Under the pieces are notes generated by a model. That model was not told the DNA's origin. It ran no database searches and worked only from the letters and a program-made list of their open reading frames with translations. DNA of 27,620 nt, taken from positions 1 to 27,620 of the IMG/VR virus record IMGVR_UViG_3300026897_000032. One strand, 5' to 3'. Made by a program: the position numbers and the translations under genes. Positions within the stretch are counted from its first letter, which is position 1, and the number at the start of each line of letters is the position of its first letter. Below, piece after piece: positions 1 to 8,325 of this stretch. This DNA is from a virus (taxonomy: Duplodnaviria; Caudoviricetes).

Positions 1-486
1 ATGGGCAAGACCCTCACCACATTTGCGTTGATTACGGTCTTGACCGCGCTGCTCGCGGCGCTGAGCCTTGCGCTGGCGCGGCAGGGCTATCCGGTCGGCA
101 CCATTGGCCTCGCCCGGCTCGACGGGCTCGCCAATTCCGCCACGTTCATTCCGCTCGCCGCGATCTATTTCCTGGCCGCTGCGCTGCTGATGCTGCTGCC
201 GCTGAGGGCGGCGAGTTTCGTGCTGGTCCACGGGGCGGAGAAGCTGTTCTTCGCCGTCATCGTCCTCTTCGCCACGATCGTCGGCGTTCTTGCCGCGCGG
301 GCCGCATTCGGACAGGTGCAGTCGCTCTGGGGCCTGTGGGACTGGCAGTTCGCGTTCGTTGCGGCGGTCATCACAGCCCACCTGCTGCTGGATGAGGTCC
401 GCCGCAACGTCCTTCTGCGCAGCCTGTTTCTGGTCGTGTTCCTCGCAGCGGTACTTGCCTGCCTCTACTGGTCGTTCAGGCTGTAG
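1..486 (+). CDS. Hypothetical multi-pass inner-membrane protein, probably host chromosome outside the prophage
   Basis: 161 aa, almost entirely hydrophobic with about 5 TM-like segments; lies on the far side of the tRNA-derived att site. Confidence 0.75.
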   Translation: MGKTLTTFALITVLTALLAALSLALARQGYPVGTIGLARLDGLANSATFIPLAAIYFLAAALLMLLPLRAASFVLVHGAEKLFFAVIVLFATIVGVLAARAAFGQVQSLWGLWDWQFAFVAAVITAHLLLDEVRRNVLLRSLFLVVFLAAVLACLYWSFRL

Positions 487-575
487 AGGCAACGACCGAC
501 CGCAACACGGTCAAGCGCCAGATTTGAAGCCTCAGAGGCGTCGCACACAAAACCGTGGTAATTTCAGAGAAAGCC

Positions 576-622
576 TGGAGCGGGTACCGGGAATCGAACC
601 CGGGTATTCAGCTTGGAAGGCT
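576..622 (-). other. Prophage attachment site: 3' half of tRNA-Gly(TCC), 47 bp, running from the anticodon arm to CCA
   Basis: Reverse complement reads AGCCTTCCAAGCTGAATACCCGGGTTCGATTCCCGGTACCCGCTCCA: TCC anticodon loop, T-arm CCGGG-TTCGATT-CCCGG, acceptor strand and CCA. The sequence beyond 622 does not supply a D-arm or 5' acceptor strand. Confidence 0.88.
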
Positions 623-678
623 CCCGTGAACCTTTTGAAATCAATGGCCGATGTCACTCGATGGCTCGACTAACCAGA

Positions 679-706
679 ACTCGCCGGCACCCTCTTGCCG
701 GCGAGT
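679..706 (-). terminator. Perfect 11-bp hairpin, possible terminator of the Zn-ribbon gene
   Basis: ACTCGCCGGCA-ccctct-TGCCGGCGAGT, about 70 bp downstream of the stop at 775; the U-tail is weak. Confidence 0.4.
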
Positions 707-774
707 CACACCATGAATCGCCGGAGACATCGCTCGGCCATCGGACCGGTCGTGGTGCGTTGCGACTTGAAGCG

Positions 775-1083
775 TCAATCCTCCCGCCAGACCGGGATGC
801 GCTTGATCTTGATCGACACCAGGGCGCGGATTTTCAGCCCGACGCGTTCGGGACCCGACGGCAGGAAGGTGCGGACATCCATGCCCTTTGCGCCGCACCC
901 CTCGCAGGACATGCGATGCATCAGAGAATCGACGTCGACGTCGCCGAAGATCTGCAGCAGGTCGGCAGGGAAATAGACGTGCGTCAGCTTACAGACGGTG
1001 CACTTGACCCGCAGCAGATCGAGCCGGTCGGTCATCGCCGACAGCGGATAAATTCTGGCCTTTGGGTAATAGGGCTCCGGCAT
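775..1083 (-). CDS. Small Zn-ribbon-like hypothetical protein (CxxC...CxxC), probably SOS-inducible and leaderless
   Basis: MPEPYYPK...VKCTVCK...MSCEGCG...VWRED, 102 aa. ATG 1083 is preferred over 1119 because a promoter and LexA box occupy 1086-1119. Confidence 0.75.
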   Translation of the reverse strand: MPEPYYPKARIYPLSAMTDRLDLLRVKCTVCKLTHVYFPADLLQIFGDVDVDSLMHRMSCEGCGAKGMDVRTFLPSGPERVGLKIRALVSIKIKRIPVWRED

Positions 1084-1085
1084 GA

Positions 1086-1100
1086 GAACGGAATAGGAAC
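1086..1100. promoter_or_regulatory. Alphaproteobacterial LexA (SOS) box GAAC-N7-GAAC
   Basis: GAAC-GGAATAG-GAAC is an exact match to the alphaproteobacterial consensus and lies between two divergent genes, one of them SRAP. Confidence 0.8.
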
Positions 1101-1138
1101 AAATCCCTGTTGCCGTCAACGGGACTCGATGGCAGGAT
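1090..1138. promoter_or_regulatory. Overlapping divergent sigma70-type promoters (predicted)
   Basis: Minus strand: TTGACG (1119-1114)-N17-CTATTC, ending 7 nt before ATG 1083. Plus strand: TTGCCG (1110-1115)-N17-CAGGAT (1133-1138), ending 7 nt before ATG 1146. Neither gene has a clear SD. Confidence 0.5.
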
Positions 1139-1145
1139 CGATCAC

Positions 1146-1865
1146 ATGTGCAATCTCTACAACGTCACCACGGGTCCGCAGGCCATCCTCGAGTTCACGA
1201 GGGCGATCGACAATCTGGCTGGCAATCTGGAGCCGGGGAAGATCTATCCGGACTATTCCGCGCCGATCGTGCGCGACGTCGCCGGCCGCCGCACGCTGAC
1301 CCGGGCGCGCTGGGGCATGCCGTCGTCAAAGAAGGCATTGTTCGACGCGACGGCCAAACGCGCCGGCAATCTGCGCGCCAAAGGCAAGGAGATCGACGAC
1401 GAAGAGTTCAAGCGCCTGCTGCGCATGGAGCCCGACCTCGGCACCACCAATGTGCGCAACCTTGCCTCGCCGCATTGGAAGCCATGGCAGGGCGTCGCGA
1501 GCCGCTGCGTCGTGCCGGCGACGTCGTTTTCCGAATATGGCCAGTTGCGCGGCCCGGACGGCAAGCTGCCGCTGCGCTGGTTCGCTACGGCTGGGCACGC
1601 CCCTCCTTTCGTCTTCGCAGGGATCTGGACAACCTGGACCAGTGTCCGCAAGGCGCGCGAGGGAGAGATCACGGCCGAGATCTTCGCATTCCTGACGACG
1701 GAACCGAACGCCGTTGTCGCGCCGATCCATCCGAAAGCCATGCCTGTCATCCTGACGACGGCGGCGGAGATCGAGACCTGGCTCACGGCGCCATGGGAAG
1801 AGGCCAAGCAGTTGCAGCGCCCCTTGCCCGACGACGGGCTTGTCTTGCTGGATGACGCCGCGTGA
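1146..1865 (+). CDS. SOS response-associated peptidase (SRAP/HMCES/YedK family) abasic-site crosslinking protein
   Basis: Starts MCNLY with the catalytic Cys2, which fixes the start at ATG 1146. Motifs RWGMP, TNVRN, RCVVPATSFSEY, FAGIW, FLTTEPN, IHPKAMPVIL. Confidence 0.93.
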   Translation: MCNLYNVTTGPQAILEFTRAIDNLAGNLEPGKIYPDYSAPIVRDVAGRRTLTRARWGMPSSKKALFDATAKRAGNLRAKGKEIDDEEFKRLLRMEPDLGTTNVRNLASPHWKPWQGVASRCVVPATSFSEYGQLRGPDGKLPLRWFATAGHAPPFVFAGIWTTWTSVRKAREGEITAEIFAFLTTEPNAVVAPIHPKAMPVILTTAAEIETWLTAPWEEAKQLQRPLPDDGLVLLDDAA

Positions 1866-2272
1866 GCGAGCGTCGCCTCACAATTGCCCTACCGCCGGCA
1901 AATGGCGTCGACCGCGAGCTGCTGTGCCAGGTAGCGCTGGAGCCGGCCTTTGAATCCATCTGCTCCCTGGATCCTGAGCGGCACTGGAAAGGCGACGAAA
2001 GCGAATTCTGGCTGATCCGCGCCAGCGCCACGCATGCCCACTGGACTCCGGAGGAGATCGACGACGCGCTGATCGATCTCGCCGCCAACCGGCATCTCGG
2101 GCTGCTGTCGAACCGGCTGACGGACGAGCAGATCGCCGAGATCAAGCGGCGGATGACGCCGCCGCCGCGCCAAGCTGCCCCGCCGCCGCAATCTTCGAAG
2201 CCCTATGTGCTTCTTGGCGCGGCGGTTACCGCTGCCGCGTTCGCGCTGGCGATGATGCTGGGCCTGATCTGA
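1862..2272 (+). CDS. Hypothetical protein with Pro-rich linker and C-terminal TM anchor, translationally coupled to SRAP
   Basis: GTGA overlap with the SRAP stop; WTPEEIDDAL helical core; C-terminus YVLLGAAVTAAAFALAMMLGLI. Confidence 0.7.
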   Translation: MSERRLTIALPPANGVDRELLCQVALEPAFESICSLDPERHWKGDESEFWLIRASATHAHWTPEEIDDALIDLAANRHLGLLSNRLTDEQIAEIKRRMTPPPRQAAPPPQSSKPYVLLGAAVTAAAFALAMMLGLI

Positions 2273-2323
2273 AACGCAAAAACGCCCCCCTGCCCCTTCG
2301 GATCATGATCCTGTCGTGCGCAC

Positions 2324-2377
2324 AAACGAGTTGGGAACAAATCCCTGTTGCCCTCAAAGGGGCTGGGTGGCAATGAT
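2324..2377. promoter_or_regulatory. Second, diverged copy of the LexA-box/promoter module upstream of the methyltransferase
   Basis: 2334-2372 matches 1096-1134 at 34/39 positions (first 19 identical); degenerate box AAAC-N7-GAAC at 2324-2338. Confidence 0.65.
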
Positions 2378-2400
2378 ACCGCCGCGCAAAGAGTGGAAAA

Positions 2401-3093
2401 ATGGCCGCAAACGAAACAATTTCCCCATACTACTCTGAAAGAGCTTTGGCCGCCGCCGTCGACGCTGGCCGTCACCGTGAAGTAATCGGCGGGAAGTGGG
2501 AAGATCATGGCGAACGCCAGTTGGCTTTCCTCGTCCGACATGGCTTGAAGCCTGAACATCGTGTCCTTGATATCGGATGCGGCAGCCTACGGTTTGGCGT
2601 TCCTGCAGTGCGATACCTCAATGCTGGCAACTATTTTGGGACAGACATCAGCAAATCGCTCATAGATGCCGGTTACAACCTTGAATTGAAGCCCGCCGGC
2701 CTTATGGACAAGCTCCCGCGCGGGAACCTTGTGGTGGATGGCGATTTTTCGTTCCCGGGGATCCCTGATCAAATCGACTACGTGATGGCTCAATCAGTAT
2801 TCACGCACTTGCCGCTCAACCATATCCGCCTCTGTTTGACTAATCTTGCGGATCATCTGTCCCAACAGTGCGTTTTCTTTTTCAGCTTCTTTGCGCCCCA
2901 AACTGGCGCAAAGATCACTCTACCCTCGGAGCAGGCGTCAGGCGTTGTGACATGGTCCCACCAGGACCCCTATCATTACAGTCTGGATGATCTTCGCTAC
3001 GCCAACTCCTTTTTGCCTTGGAGCCTCGACTATCTTGGGGAATGGGGTCACCCGAAAAACCAGCTCATGATGAAAGCCACCCTCGGCAAATAA
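2401..3093 (+). CDS. Class I SAM-dependent methyltransferase (moron)
   Basis: Motif I VLDIGCGSLRFG, followed by YFGTDIS and DYVMAQSVFTHL; visibly more AT-rich than the flanks; opposite strand to the late operon. Confidence 0.88.
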   Translation: MAANETISPYYSERALAAAVDAGRHREVIGGKWEDHGERQLAFLVRHGLKPEHRVLDIGCGSLRFGVPAVRYLNAGNYFGTDISKSLIDAGYNLELKPAGLMDKLPRGNLVVDGDFSFPGIPDQIDYVMAQSVFTHLPLNHIRLCLTNLADHLSQQCVFFFSFFAPQTGAKITLPSEQASGVVTWSHQDPYHYSLDDLRYANSFLPWSLDYLGEWGHPKNQLMMKATLGK

Positions 3094-3249
3094 GGGAAGT
3101 TAAGAGCCCCGCTATTCGTCGCTCCACTCCTGCAAGAAGGCATCGCGCAGCCTGAAGATGCAGGCGGGTCGATTACGGCGGCGAGCCAGCGGGGCGAATG
3201 CCTTGGGAGGCGAGAGGGTCAGACCATGTTCCCGGCGTCGGGCAATTGG

Positions 3250-3579
3250 TCAGGGCGGCACGGCCCTACCAGTGAACCGCCGCACGACGATATCGAGCAC
3301 GATGTCGCTGATCCACATCGCGCAGGTGCCGATGAGAAAGGCCGAGGCGAGAACAACGGGCTGCGGATCGTCAGGCATCGGCCAACCGACGACGCCGATG
3401 TAGTGGACGGAGGGCAGCGTCAGATACGCTGCCGCCAGCGCCCCACAGAGGGGCGCGAGCACGACCTCGCGGAACTTCATGCGCCGTCGCGACAGCGCCC
3501 GCAGCGCCCCACCCGACAGGCCCGCAACGAGGATCGCAGGATCGAGTCCCACGGCCCGCAGGATTTCAGACAGGCTCAT
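3250..3579 (-). CDS. Putative holin (about 3 TM segments)
   Basis: Last gene of the lysis cassette; hydrophobic segments with a basic loop (SRRRMKFRE) and basic tail; GAGG SD before ATG 3579. Confidence 0.6.
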   Translation of the reverse strand: MSLSEILRAVGLDPAILVAGLSGGALRALSRRRMKFREVVLAPLCGALAAAYLTLPSVHYIGVVGWPMPDDPQPVVLASAFLIGTCAMWISDIVLDIVVRRFTGRAVPP

Positions 3580-3620
3580 TTCACGCACCTCGCACAAGGC
3601 CGCACGCGCGGCGTCCCCTG

Positions 3621-3947
3621 CTATCGCCCCGACTTGTCGGCCGCGACCGTGATGTCCGGCTTCGCGCCAGGCGTCTTGATGACCACGTCGGCCGACGCCG
3701 GCAGTTCGGCATCAATCTTGTGCGCCGCCTCCATGGCTTTGACCGACGGTCTGATTTTGAGACCAAAGGCCAGGACAGTGAGCGAGGCGATGCCGCCGAG
3801 AATGGCGTCGACATGCGGTGAGATCAGCGCCCACTGTTCTTTCGAGAGGCCCCACTTGGCGACCAGGTAGATGCCAATCCAGGACACGAGATAGCGCGCA
3901 GCCACGGGCCACTTGCTGATAATCATGTTGAGGATGATGTTGTTCAC
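3621..3947 (-). CDS. Small 2-TM membrane protein in the lysis cassette (second holin-like protein)
   Basis: 108 aa with two hydrophobic segments and a soluble C-terminus; GTG start with AAGGA SD. Confidence 0.55.
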   Translation of the reverse strand: MNNIILNMIISKWPVAARYLVSWIGIYLVAKWGLSKEQWALISPHVDAILGGIASLTVLAFGLKIRPSVKAMEAAHKIDAELPASADVVIKTPGAKPDITVAADKSGR

Positions 3948-3971
3948 GGGAAATGTCCTTTCGTGGGGAGA

Positions 3972-4274
3972 TCAGCCGCGCCGCGCGGCCTGAATGGAGA
4001 GGTAAGCGTCGAACGCAGCGGCCAGGACGGTCGCCGAGGTGGCCTTGGTCGGATCGGCGCACAGCGGCACCAGCACGTCCCATGCACGCTCCACCCGGGC
4101 GCGAGCGGTCGGCGAGACCGGATGCACCACGTCGACCGAGAGAAAGCCCAGATAGGCCGTTTCGGCAGCGGAGCAGATGCGTGGAAGGTTCGACTGGATT
4201 GCCGTGTCGATCGACGCGGTGGTGCAGCCAGCGAGCGACAGGCTCGCCGCTGCCGCGAAAAGCAGCATGCGCAT
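3972..4274 (-). CDS. Lipoprotein in the lysis cassette (spanin candidate)
   Basis: Signal peptide MRMLLFAAAASLS with lipobox LAG|C; two further Cys; directly downstream of the endolysin. Confidence 0.7.
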   Translation of the reverse strand: MRMLLFAAAASLSLAGCTTASIDTAIQSNLPRICSAAETAYLGFLSVDVVHPVSPTARARVERAWDVLVPLCADPTKATSATVLAAAFDAYLSIQAARRG

Positions 4275-4319
4275 GGTGGTGATCCTTGGTGATGCCCGGA
4301 GACCGCCGGGCGCGGATTG

Positions 4320-5033
4320 TCAGCGGGTCGCGGCTGCGGAGCCGGACCCAGCGGCCCCGGTGAGGGCGGGATAGGTCTTCACGGGGAAAGTATTCGGCCA
4401 GCGGAAGGCGATGAATTTCGACAGCGCGAACCAGGTCAGCGTGATCGCGTTCGACTGATTGCCGCCGACCAGCAGCACGCGCTTCTTCTTCTCGTCGTAA
4501 GCCGCCACGATGCCGACATGTCCGGCCGTCTTCGACCAGCGGATGACGCCGATCGCGCCGACCTTCGGCCCCTTGGCGTCGATGCCGAAATCCTTCCATG
4601 CCTGCGCCCAGAACGGGTTGGCTGGCACGATCTCGCCCGGCAGCGTCTTGACGATCGCCGTCTCCACTGCGTCGCCACACCAGGGCAGCTTGGCCGGGTT
4701 GCCGAGGAACTTGCCGGCCTTCAGCCAGTCCGACAGTTCCTTGTTGTCCCGGCCCTCGTGCAGCCCCTTGCGGCGCACCATCTCGGCCATCCATGGCGGC
4801 ATGGTCTCGACAGGCGCCTTGACCGCCTTCGGCTCGCCGGCTGCGACCGCCTTGGCCGGGTTCTGGCGCAGCGCCGCGACCGTTGCCTTGTCCGCCGCGC
4901 CGGACTGCCTCAATTTCTTCGCCTTCTGAAACGCGACGAGCGCGCCCAGCGTCTCGGCGCCGATCGCGCCATCCTCCTCGATCGCATAGCCGTGCGCGAC
5001 CAGGCGGCTTTGCAGCCACTCGGTAAAGGTCAT
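4320..5033 (-). CDS. Endolysin: N-terminal peptidoglycan-binding domain plus TIGR02594-type (NlpC/P60/CHAP-like) catalytic domain
   Basis: LQSRL...DGAIGAETLGALVAFQ...G.ADKATVAAL (PG-binding); PWCG, GHVGIV, GGNQSN (Cys/His catalytic motifs). Confidence 0.88.
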   Translation of the reverse strand: MTFTEWLQSRLVAHGYAIEEDGAIGAETLGALVAFQKAKKLRQSGAADKATVAALRQNPAKAVAAGEPKAVKAPVETMPPWMAEMVRRKGLHEGRDNKELSDWLKAGKFLGNPAKLPWCGDAVETAIVKTLPGEIVPANPFWAQAWKDFGIDAKGPKVGAIGVIRWSKTAGHVGIVAAYDEKKKRVLLVGGNQSNAITLTWFALSKFIAFRWPNTFPVKTYPALTGAAGSGSAAATR

Positions 5034-5118
5034 GACGTGTCTCCATTCCCGCCGGTGCGGGTTGCTTCAGTTATTGGTGGGCCAGATGCGGGTCGCGAGG
5101 TTGGCGAAGGTCGGCTCG

Positions 5119-6516
<1,398 letters not shown>

Positions 6517-6518
6517 GG

Positions 6519-7466
6519 TCAGGCCCTCGCGATCAGGACGTAAGCCGCGACGATCGTCGCAATCACCGTCCGCGGATTGAAGGCTTGCACCGCAGTTTCG
6601 GTTTTGTAGCGCGTCGTCAGGCTGACAAGAGCGCCGTCCGCCGTGACGCCGACGTCGATATTGCCGGCAAGGGGCGTCGGGGCGACACCGCCGCCGCTCG
6701 AGCCCATGCCAGCGATCATGATTTCAGGCGTGCGAGCCCAATCGATGACGATTGGCGAGGCCAGGGTATGGTCGGAAATGTTCACAGCGGGAACATTCGA
6801 GAATGTATGGCTTTGGCTGAATTTCCCCTTGAGATCGTGCTTGTTCGCAAGGTTGGTGATCGTGGCGACGTTGCCCCCATTGGTGGTCACTCGCGCGACG
6901 AGCATGTCGTCATAAGTGGAATCGAAAGCCGCAGCCGTCTCGGCCAGCACGCCCGGATTATAGCCGACATTGGCGAGGTCGCGCAGCCGGAACCCGTTCG
7001 TCGGGTCCCATCGCAGGTGATAGGTCTTGCTTGCAGCCGTCGCGAAAGTCCGGCTCGGCTCGCTATAGTCGCTGGTCGACAGAGGGAAGATGCCGCGATG
7101 CTGGAAAGCGACAGTCGGCGGCACGAGGATCGTGCCAGCCGCAGGGCTGGTCACGATCATCCGACCATCGGCCGAGAGGATTTCGGGGAAGATCGGCAGG
7201 CGGGCGCGCGCTTGGCTGACCAGAAGAAATTGCGAGGTGTCGCCGCCGCCCGTCGCGGCATTGATCAGCGCCTCGATCGCCTTGCGAACCTGCTCAAGGT
7301 CGTTGGCGGATGGCGTCATGCCGGCGAAATTGATCAGGTGCGTCAGCTCGCGCTGCGGATGCTCGACGGCGGCGGCGGGCACGACGGATCCCTTGATGCC
7401 GGCGTTGCGGTTGCCGTCGAGGAACGGCGCATCGGCGGCGCCGCCGGGAGGTGCATTGTAGCGCAT
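6519..7466 (-). CDS. Tail fibre protein with Mu gp49-like baseplate-anchoring N-terminus
   Basis: FLDGNRNAGIKGSVVPAAAVEHPQREL..LI..AGMTPS.NDLEQVRKAI is typical of fibres that follow gp48. Confidence 0.8.
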   Translation of the reverse strand: MRYNAPPGGAADAPFLDGNRNAGIKGSVVPAAAVEHPQRELTHLINFAGMTPSANDLEQVRKAIEALINAATGGGDTSQFLLVSQARARLPIFPEILSADGRMIVTSPAAGTILVPPTVAFQHRGIFPLSTSDYSEPSRTFATAASKTYHLRWDPTNGFRLRDLANVGYNPGVLAETAAAFDSTYDDMLVARVTTNGGNVATITNLANKHDLKGKFSQSHTFSNVPAVNISDHTLASPIVIDWARTPEIMIAGMGSSGGGVAPTPLAGNIDVGVTADGALVSLTTRYKTETAVQAFNPRTVIATIVAAYVLIARA

Positions 7467-7490
7467 GAAGGAATTTCCCCTTTGAAGGTG

Positions 7491-8321
7491 CTAGGCGTCG
7501 ATAAATGGCGCGATCAGGCCGCGCCCGGTTTCGGTGACGATGCGGGCGCCGGTTTCGGTCACGAGGCGATAGCCGCTCGGCCGGGTCGCATAAGAGAACA
7601 CGACATAGGTCCAGCCGGGCGACACGCGGCGGATAGCGCATTCGAGAACGCCATAATCGAAGTCGAGCAAGCGCGTCACGCCGACCTCGCCAATGCCGGT
7701 TTCGAACTGGCTGAATGGCGCATCGCAAACATGCATGACCCATTGCTGATCGAGCGCCGTGTCGGTCAGTTCGCCAAGCCCGAGGCATGTTCCTTCGCCG
7801 GCGAGAAACGCCTCCGGCTCTTCCAGCGCGACGACGTAGCCGATGCGCGCCGCCAGCTTGACCATGTCGGCCGGCGTGACCGTTGCCATTGACAGCACGC
7901 GCGCCGCCAGGTTCGCGCGCCTTTGCTCCACACTTTGCGGCTCGGTCGCGCATGGATCCGGCAAGCCGAAATCGCGCTCCCAATCGTCGAGGCTGTCGAC
8001 CAGCGTCGCGGAGCGCGACTCCTCGGTAAGCCGCCATGCCATCGCGTAAAGCCGCGCCAGCGGGTCAAGGATGGCGCGCGTCAGCCTGGCGATCACAGAG
8101 ACCGTCGACGGCGCCTCGCCGTCCGGCGAGCCCCACGCGGCGCCGCGAGGCCATAGCGCGAGGCCGACCGGCAGGAGCGTTTCGACCTCCGGCGCCGACA
8201 GCGCGTCCGCCGTGTCGATCAGGAACGCCGTCGAGACATCGCTGCAATCGACCGCGACGACCGGGCCGCCATCTTCAGGGTAGAAACCCGCCCATTCGGA
8301 ATTCACAAACCATGTCGACAT
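7491..8321 (-). CDS. Baseplate wedge protein, Mu gp48/YmfQ (DUF2313)-like
   Basis: LWPRGAAW, LDDWERDFGLPDPC, LECAIRRVSPGWTYVVFSY; follows gp47. Confidence 0.88.
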   Translation of the reverse strand: MSTWFVNSEWAGFYPEDGGPVVAVDCSDVSTAFLIDTADALSAPEVETLLPVGLALWPRGAAWGSPDGEAPSTVSVIARLTRAILDPLARLYAMAWRLTEESRSATLVDSLDDWERDFGLPDPCATEPQSVEQRRANLAARVLSMATVTPADMVKLAARIGYVVALEEPEAFLAGEGTCLGLGELTDTALDQQWVMHVCDAPFSQFETGIGEVGVTRLLDFDYGVLECAIRRVSPGWTYVVFSYATRPSGYRLVTETGARIVTETGRGLIAPFIDA

Positions 8322-8325
8322 GCGG

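Noticed and set aside
576-650. Complete tRNA-Gly gene
   Set aside because: No D-arm or 5' acceptor strand beyond 622; only the 3' half is present
1110-1145. Upstream TTG start for SRAP (251 aa)
   Set aside because: SRAP needs Cys at position 2; the extension overlaps the predicted promoter
290-1299. ORFs 290..673 (+), 613..1299 (+) and 641..898 (-)
   Set aside because: They cross the tRNA fragment or overlap the better supported Zn-ribbon and SRAP genes, and show no recognisable motifs
2401-3093. Restriction-modification DNA methyltransferase
   Set aside because: No NPPY/DPPY or PCQ catalytic motif, short length, no nuclease partner
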